Positions 10,323 to 19,319 of a DNA stretch of 64,000 bases are shown piece after piece. The translations under genes and the position numbers were made by a program. Source of the stretch: Acidobacteriota bacterium (GTDB lineage: Bacteria; Acidobacteriota; UBA890; WLXD01); the NCBI GenBank assembly GCA_965248695.1, contig CBDFKD010000002.1, positions 3,776,001 to 3,840,000 of the forward strand. The letters run 5' to 3'. Under the pieces are notes generated by a model that was given only the letters and a program-made list of their open reading frames with translations, was not told where the DNA came from and did no database searches. How positions within the stretch are numbered: the stretch's first letter is position 1; the number at the start of each line of letters is the position of its first letter.

Positions 10323-10950
10323 CCGTCGGGTCGCCGGGCGCCAGCGCCTGCAGCGTGATCCTGGCGAAATATCCGAGCCAGCTGACGATACCGAGGAGCT
10401 TGGCGCCGTCCTCGTACACGTGCTGCATCCGAAGCGTGTCCGGCGCCAGCGCGTCGACTCCCAACGATATCGCGAAGAAGCCCAGGGCCAGTCCGAGCAG
10501 CAAGAAGTCACTAGCGAGAATAACGTCGCGAAAGCGCGTCAGGAACGTCGCCAGCAGGAGCCCATACGCGGCGAACAGCAGCTTCTCGTCCATGTGCAGC
10601 TCGTACACCACGAACCAGTCGTGCACCATGAACAGGTCGTCGACCAGCAAGATGCCGCTCAGCAGACCGGCGCTCAGGAGGAACGGCCGGACCGGAGAGC
10701 GCGAGCCCTGGCGGCGGAGGACCTCGGCGCCGAGGAGACAAGCGGCTGCTGCCGCGCACCAGCAGAGCACGCCGACGTTCGAGACCACTCCGAGCAAGGG
10801 GTGAGCACCGGTACTAGCAGCCGGATCGCGGGTGAACTCCGCCACCGTGGTGTCGGTAAGGCGGCTCATCAGCACCGCGCCGCCCAGCAATGCGGCGACC
10901 GGCACGTACATCATGATGAGTGCTGAGCGGAGGGTTCGTAGTTGATTCAT
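10183..10950 (-). CDS. Hypothetical multi-pass membrane protein
   Basis: About six hydrophobic segments, LLVDDLFMVHD and EDGAKLLGI motifs; ATG overlaps the ATP-grasp stop; 3' end overlaps the helicase gene convergently. Confidence 0.65.
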   Translation of the reverse strand: MNQLRTLRSALIMMYVPVAALLGGAVLMSRLTDTTVAEFTRDPAASTGAHPLLGVVSNVGVLCWCAAAAACLLGAEVLRRQGSRSPVRPFLLSAGLLSGILLVDDLFMVHDWFVVYELHMDEKLLFAAYGLLLATFLTRFRDVILASDFLLLGLALGFFAISLGVDALAPDTLRMQHVYEDGAKLLGIVSWLGYFARITLQALAPGDPTVSDRRAGEASGCDAPEAVPQRLAPDPLPPARQAAHAGSPDSSRPAA

Positions 10951-12221
10951 GGGCTCGGGGCGCCTCCGACGCATGCGTGGCGTCCGGCGGCTTCGGCGCG
11001 GCGGAAGCGACGGCCTATGGACGCGAGCATGCTTCGCAGATAGCGCGCCGCCGCGCGCCAGTAGAGCCCACGATCGCCCGGATACAGGAGGTCGGCGCGT
11101 ACTCTCGAGTTTAGCGTGAGGCCGATGAAACGCAGCACGCTCCATGCCTTGCTCGCGATTGCGATCGAGTCGTCGCGAAGAAGCGAGCCGACGTGCCGCG
11201 CCTCGGTCGGGAAGGTGTCACGGCAGCGAAGATCGGTCGCGAACTCGGGCTCCACGGGATCCACGTGTCCGTGCATCGAGTCGACCAGAATGCGCGGAAA
11301 GTCGACGCCGGCGTGCAGGGCCAGGTGCAGCGATCCCCAGAATCGGCAGTTCAGCTCGATGAGATGAAAGGCGTCGGTGCGCGGATCCCAGCGATACTCG
11401 AGCATCACCGGACCCTCCCATCGGAGGTGGTGAATCCGCGCGCAGGCGTCGGCATGGATGGCGTCGTGCCACCAGCTCCGTCGATACGAGGACACCCCAC
11501 CGGTGTGCGGAACCTCATGCAAGCGCCGGTGCATGAAGCGAGCCAGAACGCGGCCGTTACGCACCACGAAGAAGACGCCGACACCAACGCCCTCGACGTG
11601 CCCCTGTACGAGGAAGTGGTCGTAACTCGTCCTCAGGGTCGCCAGCAAATCGCTCACGGCGGCGTAGTCATGCAAACGATGCACCCGGCTGTGGGCGCCG
11701 ACTGGCGAGCTCAGAAAGTCCGTCTTGACGTAGAGCGGTAGCCGCAAGCCGCGTAGCTGCTCGTCCGTGGGTGCCGATCGGGTCGAATCGACCAACAGGC
11801 TCGGCGGGATGTGCTGTTGGAGCTCCGCCGGCGCTGCCGGGTCGAGAAACCCGCCGACGAGCCGGTATTTGCTGATCGCGCTATAGAGCACGTTGTGGTC
11901 GACGCCGTACGGCAGCAGATGAGCGTAGCTCGAATACCGTGGCTGGATTGCCGTGAGCAGACCCTCGGTAGCGATGATCGTGTCGATGCTTTGCGCTTCG
12001 ATCGTGCCGTCGAGCCAGCGGAGGAACTCTTGGCGCTGAAAGGGGCTCGGGCACACCTCGGCGCGGGTGGCGAAGCGGGACGAGAAACCCAGCGCATGCG
12101 GATCTGAAGAGCAGGCCGTGACCCGGTAGCCGGCACGGCCGAGCGACCGGATCACACCGATGCCTATGTTGTGCTCGGCTTCATCGACCAGGACGTGCTT
12201 GTCCTGACGCCAGCTATGCAT
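10947..12221 (-). CDS. ATP-grasp (carboxylate-amine ligase) protein
   Basis: VIRSLGRAG, LVQGHVEG, HRRLHEVPHTGGVSS, LIELNCRFWGSL, AGVDFP motifs. Confidence 0.82.
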   Translation of the reverse strand: MHSWRQDKHVLVDEAEHNIGIGVIRSLGRAGYRVTACSSDPHALGFSSRFATRAEVCPSPFQRQEFLRWLDGTIEAQSIDTIIATEGLLTAIQPRYSSYAHLLPYGVDHNVLYSAISKYRLVGGFLDPAAPAELQQHIPPSLLVDSTRSAPTDEQLRGLRLPLYVKTDFLSSPVGAHSRVHRLHDYAAVSDLLATLRTSYDHFLVQGHVEGVGVGVFFVVRNGRVLARFMHRRLHEVPHTGGVSSYRRSWWHDAIHADACARIHHLRWEGPVMLEYRWDPRTDAFHLIELNCRFWGSLHLALHAGVDFPRILVDSMHGHVDPVEPEFATDLRCRDTFPTEARHVGSLLRDDSIAIASKAWSVLRFIGLTLNSRVRADLLYPGDRGLYWRAAARYLRSMLASIGRRFRRAEAAGRHACVGGAPSP

Positions 12222-12364
12222 GTCGCTGTCCCCACCGGTTGAACCCTTCCAGCGCCCCTCAAGGGTTCATGCTGGCATGTGCGAGAAGCTCGACGCCAGC
12301 GGATAATTCGATGCCGGCGAAGTAGAGCTTCGTCGTCGGTGGCGGGCCGTCTACGCTAGTCGGG

Positions 12365-13513
12365 ATGGCTCACGAAACCGTCTACGTAGAAGAAGTGACA
12401 TCGCTAGCTGCCCTGACCGAGCATTGGCCGGCATGGCGTCAACTGCGCGATGATCGCCTCGAAGACAACATCTATAGCTCGCCGGAGTTCGTCCTTGCGG
12501 GGCTGCGGAGCTACGCCGCTCGGCCCTTCAACCTGGCGTTCATCTATCGGGGGCGTGGCGCCTGTCGGCAGATGATCGGTTGTGCGCCGTTCGAGGCCGC
12601 GGCATCGGATCGACAGCCACCACTGCGCACTCTCAGGTTCTGGTCCACACCGCACTCGTACCTGTCGCAGCCTCTCCTGCACCGCGACCATGCGACCGAG
12701 GCTGCCGCCGGGCTGTGGGACTGGCTGGCGGCAGCAGAACCGTCCAACAGCCTGGTGTCGCTTCCGCTGATGGGCATCGAGTCATCGACCTGGCAGGCGA
12801 TGAGCCAAGCTCTGGAACCGCGTGGCGTGGCCGCCACGATCCGACACCGGTTCGATCGGCCGGCGCTGCTTCGATGTCGGTCGTTCAACGACTACCTGGC
12901 GTCGTTGCCGGCAAAGCGCAGAAAGAACTACCGACGGTGCTGGCGCGCGCTGAACGCCGCTGGCGAGGTCGAGGTTCGGCACCGGCGGGATGCCACGGCG
13001 CGCTGCGACTGGACCTCGAGGTTCGTGCGTATGGAGGCGCTGGGATGGAAGGGGGAGCGCGGATCGGCGCTCGCTTGCAGCGCAGCCGACGTCGCTTTCT
13101 TCGAACAGATCACTCGCGCCTATGGCGATCGCGCCGACCTCTTCTACAGCGAGATCCGACTCGACGGCGTCGCCGTGGCGATGTCGGCGAGCTTCGTCGA
13201 GGGCACCACGTTGTTCGGCTTCAAGGTGGCGTTCGATCCTCGCTACCGGCGGTACTCACCGGGGGTTCTGAACGCCGTCCACGAAGCGCGGCTGTTCCTC
13301 GAGAGTGCCGATCTGCAGATCGGCGAGAGCGGTGCCAACGCCAGGTCGTTCATCGGCTCGTATTGGCGCGACAGCACGCCGATGGCCGAAGTTCTCCTGC
13401 CTGGCAACAGCACCGGTCGCCTGGCGGTGGCTGGCTTCGAGAAGGCGACGCGCGCCAAGCGCGGTGCCCGGGTCGTCCTCGAGGCCCTCCGCAAGCCCCG
13501 ACGGGTGGCCTGA
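12365..13513 (+). CDS. GNAT family acetyltransferase (CelD/BcsL-like, Acetyltransf_6)
   Basis: YLASL..KRRK.YRR, E..GWKG..GSA, RLDG..VA, FKVAFDP.Y.RYSPG motifs. Confidence 0.8.
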   Translation: MAHETVYVEEVTSLAALTEHWPAWRQLRDDRLEDNIYSSPEFVLAGLRSYAARPFNLAFIYRGRGACRQMIGCAPFEAAASDRQPPLRTLRFWSTPHSYLSQPLLHRDHATEAAAGLWDWLAAAEPSNSLVSLPLMGIESSTWQAMSQALEPRGVAATIRHRFDRPALLRCRSFNDYLASLPAKRRKNYRRCWRALNAAGEVEVRHRRDATARCDWTSRFVRMEALGWKGERGSALACSAADVAFFEQITRAYGDRADLFYSEIRLDGVAVAMSASFVEGTTLFGFKVAFDPRYRRYSPGVLNAVHEARLFLESADLQIGESGANARSFIGSYWRDSTPMAEVLLPGNSTGRLAVAGFEKATRAKRGARVVLEALRKPRRVA

Positions 13514-13567
13514 GCGACCGGCGTTTCTCGAGGCGGACTCTCGGCGACGGATCCTGGCCGGATGACG

Positions 13568-14794
13568 CTACTGAGCGAGGCGATTGAAACGTCGCAGCAC
13601 GTCTCGCAGACGGTCGTGCGGCAGGGCGTACGCCGTATTGCCGTCGCGGCCGACGACCGTCCTGGCAGCAACGAGCGCGTTCGTGATCGCTTCCTCCACC
13701 GAGTAGGCGGTCGCCTGGAACAACGGCGTCAACGATCCGTTGGGGAGCATCTGTGCCGTGCTCACGTCGTCGTTGCCGACAGCATCCGCGTTGGCCGTCG
13801 AGAAGGCGATGAAGATATCCCCCGAGCCGTTGCTGGCCATTCCACCCATGCGCGCGATCCCCAGCGGCACGCGCCTAGCGATGCGCTTGAGCTGATAGGG
13901 CAGCAGCGGCGCGTCGGTTGCGACGACCACGATGATCGAGCCGAAGTCGCGGTCGCCCGGGATGCCGAGCGTCTGCGCGTCGGCGCTGGACTGTCCGGCT
14001 CGGGGCCGCAGATCGGTGATCTCCCTGCCGACCGGCGCGCCGGCGATCATCAGATCATCGCGGCCACCGTAGTTGGCCTGTACGAGTGCCCCCAGCACGT
14101 AGGACCGTCCCTGGATGTCCACCGTCCTCGAGGCCGTTCCGATACCACACTTGAAGCCATGGCAGATCATTCCCGTCCCGCCACCAACGGCGCCCTCTGC
14201 GACAGCTCCGCCGCGAGCGCCGTCGAGCGCCTCGAACGCGTGTTCGGGTCGTACGTGGAATCCGTTGATATCGTTGAGGAAGCCGTCGTAGGTTTCGGCA
14301 ACCACAGGCAGCGCCCATGGCTGGCGGCCGTGACCGGCGCGCACCAGCCAGTCGATCACCGCGTCGCGAACGACGCCGACACTATGGGTGTTGGTGATCA
14401 TCACCGGCCCTTCCAGGGCGCCGGACTCCTCCACCCAGGTCGTGCCGGTCATCTCCCCGTTTCCGTTGAGCGAGTACCAACCCGCGAAGACCGGAGTGCT
14501 GTCCCGACCGCGCGGTCGGATCGCCGTGACGCCGGTGCGTACCGGGCCCTCGCCGACCGAGAGCGAACCGTCGCCACGGACTAACGTGACCTGCCCCACC
14601 TGGACATCACCGACGTCGGTAATGGCGTTGTCAGGGCCGGGCTGGCCCCGAAAGGGGATGCCGAGATCCCGAGCCCGGGGCCGTTGCTGACCTGACGCTG
14701 TGGCGACAGACATGTTCGCCGCCAAACCGATGGCGATCGCCATGATCACGGGTTGACGCCAGACCCTGCCTCCGCGCGCAGGCCGTGGGCTCAC
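13568..14794 (-). CDS. DmpA/P1 family (S58) D-/beta-aminopeptidase, exported
   Basis: RARDLG, NAITDV, GPVRTGVT, LNGNGEMTG, VGGGTGM, G|SIIVVVATDAP autocleavage site; signal peptide. Confidence 0.9.
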   Translation of the reverse strand: MSPRPARGGRVWRQPVIMAIAIGLAANMSVATASGQQRPRARDLGIPFRGQPGPDNAITDVGDVQVGQVTLVRGDGSLSVGEGPVRTGVTAIRPRGRDSTPVFAGWYSLNGNGEMTGTTWVEESGALEGPVMITNTHSVGVVRDAVIDWLVRAGHGRQPWALPVVAETYDGFLNDINGFHVRPEHAFEALDGARGGAVAEGAVGGGTGMICHGFKCGIGTASRTVDIQGRSYVLGALVQANYGGRDDLMIAGAPVGREITDLRPRAGQSSADAQTLGIPGDRDFGSIIVVVATDAPLLPYQLKRIARRVPLGIARMGGMASNGSGDIFIAFSTANADAVGNDDVSTAQMLPNGSLTPLFQATAYSVEEAITNALVAARTVVGRDGNTAYALPHDRLRDVLRRFNRLAQ

Positions 14795-16263
14795 TAGCTC
14801 AATTCCCGCCAGACCTCGTCAAATTCCTCTGCGGCTCCTTCAGGCGGCTCGGTGAGCAGGCTGACGACGATGGTGAGCGCGAAGCCCACGATGAATCCCG
14901 GAATCAGCTCGTAGAGATCGTATGTATAGGGCTTGAATGCCAGCACCCAAATGATCGCGGTAAGGAAACCGCCGAGCATGCCGGCGGTGGCACCGGCACG
15001 GGTCGTCCGTTTCCAGAACAACGAGCACAGCACCGGCGGAGCGAAGGCGCAGGCGAGCCCCGACCACGCGAACAGCACGAACCAGAAGATGACGCGTACC
15101 TCGCCGAGCGCGAGCAGCAGCGCGCCGACGCCGATGACCGCGGTTACGGCTTTTCCGTACAGCGCCAGTCGTTTGTCGCTTTCGTCCGGCCGGTAGATGC
15201 GCTGCACGATGTCGCGGACGACGGTGGCCGAGGCCATGATCAGCAGCGAGTCAGCGGTTGACATGATCGCCGCGAGCACAATCACCAGGTAAACACCGGT
15301 GAACACAGCGGGCATTAACGACGACGTCATCATCGGTAGGATGGTCTCGGGATCGTCGAGCACCGGGAAGATCACTCGGCCGGCCATGCCCCCGAACACT
15401 GCTCCGAGGTCGAAGAGGAGGATGCAAGGCACGGCGATCAGACCGCCGTCGAGGATGTCGCGCCGGCTGCGCGCAGCGATGAACCGACTGAGCAGCTGCG
15501 GCGCGCCGATGAAGGCGAGCCCGATACCGATGAAGCCGATCACCGAGACGAAACCCTCGGTGCTCATCCCGTAGCTGCCCATCGGCCGCAACAGTGCCGG
15601 ATCGGTGGCGTTGAGCTGCACCATCGTCGCGGTCCAGCCGCCGGCGGCCGACATCGCTACGAACGGTAGCGCGACGAGCCCGCCGAGCATCAATACGCCC
15701 TGCAGCAGGTCGCTGTAGGCGACCGCTTTGAAGCCGCCGACGGTCGTGTAGTAGAGGATGACCGCCGCTCCGATGAGCGCGCCGGCAACGTAGCTGATCT
15801 CGAGAAAGGAGGCGAACGCCTTGCCTGCCGCGGTGAGCTGCGCGGCGGTATAAGCGGTCACCATGCTCATGATGATCACCAGGCTGAGCCAGCGCATCAC
15901 GTGGCTGGAGTCGCGAAACCGCGCCTCAAGATAGTCGGGCACGGTGATCGAGTCGTAACGATCTGTGAAGGCCTTGAACGGCTGTGCCACCAGCGTCCAG
16001 ACGAGTGCCACCCCGAGGACCTCACCTAGAACGATCCACAGGGCGTGGATGCCGATGGTGTAGCCCATGCCGGTGAGGCCGAGCAGCAGCCAGGCGCTCT
16101 CGCCGGTGCTGTTGGAGCTGAAGGCGATGACCCACGAGGGCAACTGCTTGTTGGCGACGTAGTACCCAGCCACGCTGCTCGAGCCACGGCCGCCCCACCA
16201 GCCGAGCACGAGCAGGATGATCAGATAGACAACAAGGACCGCGACGATGGTGGCGAAGGCCAA
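14794..16263 (-). CDS. Sodium:solute symporter (PutP-like)
   Basis: SAWLLLGL.G, YTTVGGFKAVAYSDLLQG, AAIMSTADS motifs; about 13 TM segments; TTG start with GAGGAGG RBS. Confidence 0.9.
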   Translation of the reverse strand: MAFATIVAVLVVYLIILLVLGWWGGRGSSSVAGYYVANKQLPSWVIAFSSNSTGESAWLLLGLTGMGYTIGIHALWIVLGEVLGVALVWTLVAQPFKAFTDRYDSITVPDYLEARFRDSSHVMRWLSLVIIMSMVTAYTAAQLTAAGKAFASFLEISYVAGALIGAAVILYYTTVGGFKAVAYSDLLQGVLMLGGLVALPFVAMSAAGGWTATMVQLNATDPALLRPMGSYGMSTEGFVSVIGFIGIGLAFIGAPQLLSRFIAARSRRDILDGGLIAVPCILLFDLGAVFGGMAGRVIFPVLDDPETILPMMTSSLMPAVFTGVYLVIVLAAIMSTADSLLIMASATVVRDIVQRIYRPDESDKRLALYGKAVTAVIGVGALLLALGEVRVIFWFVLFAWSGLACAFAPPVLCSLFWKRTTRAGATAGMLGGFLTAIIWVLAFKPYTYDLYELIPGFIVGFALTIVVSLLTEPPEGAAEEFDEVWRELS

Positions 16264-16264
16264 C

Positions 16265-16393
16265 TCAGCGGCCCTCCTCTGTTCGGGCGTCTTGCCCTCG
16301 TTGGCGGCGCGCTTCGCGCCGGTAGTGCACCAGCTGAATCGTCAGGCCGATACTCACAGCTGCGATCAACAGCAACCAGGCGCTCCAAGGCAT
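16265..16393 (-). CDS. Small single-pass membrane protein (42 aa), putative symporter accessory protein
   Basis: MPWSAWLLLIAAVSIGLTIQLVHYRREARRQRGQDARTEEGR; fills the aminotransferase-symporter gap; stops 1 nt before the symporter start. Below the ORF-track cutoff. Confidence 0.62.
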   Translation of the reverse strand: MPWSAWLLLIAAVSIGLTIQLVHYRREARRQRGQDARTEEGR

Positions 16394-16408
16394 TCCGGCG
16401 AACAACGG

Positions 16409-17731
16409 CTAAGCCGCGTCGACGCGCTCGCAAGCGCGTTCGAGCCGTCGCAGTCCCTCGGCGTTCTCGTCCTCGGTGATGAGTAGCGAGGGGCCGAGAC
16501 GGATGACATGCCCGTGCTGGCCGCCGAGACCGATCAGCAGACCCTCCGCCTTGGCGGCCTCGAGCAGCGCCTTGCCCTTGTCGGGACTCGGGGTCTTGGA
16601 CACCGGGTCCTCGACCAGCTCGAGCGCTTGCATCAGGCCCATGCCGCGAACCTCGCCGATCCACGCGTGGCGTTCGGCCATCGCGTCAAGCCCGGCGCGC
16701 AGCTCCCGACCGCGCGCGCCAGCGTTGGCCGGCGCGTCCTCACGCCGGAGTACCCCGAGCGTCGCCGCCATCGCCGCCATGCTGACGGGGTTGCCGCCAA
16801 ACGTCGAGATGGTCTTGGAGGTCCAGGCGTCGGCGATCTCGTCGCGCGTGATCGTCGCTCCGACCGGCTGCCCGTTGGCGATGCCCTTGGCCATTACCAT
16901 GATGTCGGGCTCGACGTCCCAGTGCTCGATCGCGAACCACCTGTCGCCCGTCCGTCCGAACCCTGCCTGTACCTCGTCGCAGATGAACACGCCGCCGTGG
17001 GCTCGGATGATCTCGGCGGCTCGCTGGAAGTAGCCTGGCGGGGGCACGATGAAGCCGCCGAGGCCGAGGATGGTCTCGGCGACGAAGGCGGCCGGCTTGC
17101 CGCCGGTCGTTGTCACGATGGCCTCTTCGAGGTCGTTAGCAAACTTGTCGACGCAGCTGTCGTCGCACGGGGTCTTGAAGGGACATCGGTACGGATAGGG
17201 CGCCAGCGCGTGCTTGATCGGCAGGGTGCTCGATAGCGGTCGCCAGGCCGCGTGGCCGGTGATATTGGTCGCCAGGATGCTACGGCCCGAATATGCCAGG
17301 CGGAGCGCCATGATCTCGCTGCGACCGGTGTACATGCAGGCGAGCATGATCGCAGTCTCGATGGCCTCGGTGCCGCTGTTGGTGAAGAACGATTTGCGCA
17401 GCGCGCCCGGAGCGATTTCGGCCAGACTGCGCGCCGCGTCGATCTGCGGATCGCTGATATAGAGGCTCGACGTGTGGCCCAGCTTGTCGATCTGCGCCTT
17501 GGTGGCGGCGGTGACTTCGGGATGACAATGCCCTACCGAGGTCGTCAAGATGCCGGCGAACAGGTCGAGGTATTCGTTGCCGCCGACATCCTTCACCCAC
17601 ACGCCTTGCGCCTCTTCCATGACCAAGGGCGCGTCGTAAAGGGTGGAGACGCAGGGAAACAGGTACTCCTGCTGCGCTTCGCGTCGCTCCGTTGAAGCGC
17701 TTGCCATCACCGCCGATCCGGTCTCACTCAT
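16409..17731 (-). CDS. Class III PLP aminotransferase (AGXT2/4-aminobutyrate aminotransferase-like)
   Basis: GHCHP, FTNSGTEA, DEVQAGFGRTG, MAKGIANG, STFGGNP motifs. Confidence 0.92.
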   Translation of the reverse strand: MSETGSAVMASASTERREAQQEYLFPCVSTLYDAPLVMEEAQGVWVKDVGGNEYLDLFAGILTTSVGHCHPEVTAATKAQIDKLGHTSSLYISDPQIDAARSLAEIAPGALRKSFFTNSGTEAIETAIMLACMYTGRSEIMALRLAYSGRSILATNITGHAAWRPLSSTLPIKHALAPYPYRCPFKTPCDDSCVDKFANDLEEAIVTTTGGKPAAFVAETILGLGGFIVPPPGYFQRAAEIIRAHGGVFICDEVQAGFGRTGDRWFAIEHWDVEPDIMVMAKGIANGQPVGATITRDEIADAWTSKTISTFGGNPVSMAAMAATLGVLRREDAPANAGARGRELRAGLDAMAERHAWIGEVRGMGLMQALELVEDPVSKTPSPDKGKALLEAAKAEGLLIGLGGQHGHVIRLGPSLLITEDENAEGLRRLERACERVDAA

Positions 17732-17888
17732 CGAAGCTCCATCTCCTGGGTGCGCCGCTGGGGCGGCGGAACCGCACAGGTCTCGATCACCACTCGCAAC
17801 TCGACAATCGGTCTCTCGATACCACAGGTCAGCGCCGGGCTGCTCGACGCGTTCAGCGGCCGTACTTTGTCACATTCGCCCGGATTCG

Positions 17889-19319
17889 TCAGGTGACCAG
17901 CAGGATCCAAGGCGTGCCGATCACCAGATACACGATCAGGTTGAGCAGGGTTACCAGTCCGCCATAGCGGTAAATCTGGCGCTGCTCGAGGTAGCCGCTG
18001 CCGACGAAGATGGCGTTGGCGCTCGACCCTTGCGGCGTGATCGCGGCAAAGAAGTTGGTTGCGAAGAGCAACATGTAGGCCATCAACGCCGCCGGCACGC
18101 CCGCCTCCACGCCGACGCTCAGAAAAACCCCATAGAGTGCCAGCATGTGCGCCGTTTGCGATACGAACAAATAGTGGACTAGCACGTAGATGAGCACCAA
18201 CGCCACATATACCAGCGGCCAAGACAACCCCGTGAGTCGCGCCGCCATACCGCCGGCTGCGACCGCCATGAAACCGAGCGCGTTGAGCTGCGTCGACAGC
18301 GTGTACATGATCGCGAACCACGTGTAGATGCCCAGCGCGTCGCCGCGCTCCTTGAGATCGTCGAGCGTGAAGACGTTGGCAAGCATGAGCACGCCGAGTC
18401 CGAGAAACGCCACCGCGGCGGTGTTGACGCCATAGGTGGCCGACAAGGCCCAGGCGGTGATCATGCCGGCGAAGGTCGCAGCGGTGATCCACTCCTGACG
18501 CGACATCGGACCCATCTCGCGCAATCCGGCGGCCGCCGCCGCTGGAGCTTCCGGGGTTCGCTTCACCTCTGGTGGGAAGGCGCGGTAGAGGATGTACGGC
18601 ACGATCAGCAAGGCTGCCAGTGATGGCAGCGAGGCCGCCAGCGCCCACGAGCCGAAGGACACCTCGACGCCGGCCTGCACGGCCATCGCGGCACCGGCAG
18701 GATTGGCCGCCATCGCCGTGAGCCACATCGTCGACGAGATCGTCAGACCTGTCATGCCGGCCAGCATCAGAAAGCTGCCCATGCGGCGCTGGGTGCCGTC
18801 CTGAGGCCGCGACCCGCTCTGTCGCGCCAACGCATAGTGGATCGGGTAGAGCACGCCGGATCGCGCCGTGTTGGAGGGGAACACCGGTGCAATCAACATG
18901 TCGGTAATGATGACGCTGTAGGCGAGCCCGAGCGTCGACCCCCCCAGACGGACGATGATCACGTAAGCGATTCGTGCGCCGAGGCCCGAGTTGACGACCG
19001 CACGGGCGACCAGGAAAGCGATGAGGATGAGCAACAGGAAGCTCTGCGAAAAGCCCGCATAGGCTTCGGCCGGCGTCAGCGTCTTGCTGAGCACCGCAAT
19101 GGCCACCGCAAACAGCGACGCGGTGAGGATCGGCATCGCGTCGATGAGCACCGCGAAGATCGTGGCGATGAAGATGGCGAACAGGTGCCACGCTCGAGGG
19201 TCGATCGCATCGGGCGGCGGAGTCGCCCAGATGGCCATCCCGAGCGCGGCCACCGCCAGCAACCGCCAGCGCCCGCCGACCATGCCTTTCGGAGGCTTCA
19301 CCGGCTCGCTACTGGACAC
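17889..19319 (-). CDS. DASS family (2-oxoglutarate/malate, CitT-like) transporter
   Basis: AWHLFAIF, PSNTARSG, WLTAMAANP, HYLFVSQTAH motifs. Confidence 0.9.
   Translation of the reverse strand: MSSSEPVKPPKGMVGGRWRLLAVAALGMAIWATPPPDAIDPRAWHLFAIFIATIFAVLIDAMPILTASLFAVAIAVLSKTLTPAEAYAGFSQSFLLLILIAFLVARAVVNSGLGARIAYVIIVRLGGSTLGLAYSVIITDMLIAPVFPSNTARSGVLYPIHYALARQSGSRPQDGTQRRMGSFLMLAGMTGLTISSTMWLTAMAANPAGAAMAVQAGVEVSFGSWALAASLPSLAALLIVPYILYRAFPPEVKRTPEAPAAAAAGLREMGPMSRQEWITAATFAGMITAWALSATYGVNTAAVAFLGLGVLMLANVFTLDDLKERGDALGIYTWFAIMYTLSTQLNALGFMAVAAGGMAARLTGLSWPLVYVALVLIYVLVHYLFVSQTAHMLALYGVFLSVGVEAGVPAALMAYMLLFATNFFAAITPQGSSANAIFVGSGYLEQRQIYRYGGLVTLLNLIVYLVIGTPWILLVT

Noticed and set aside
16394-16411. 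TAG readthrough fusing the aminotransferase to the in-frame microprotein
   Set aside because: The aminotransferase ends at its normal family C-terminus and the small ORF has its own start codons.
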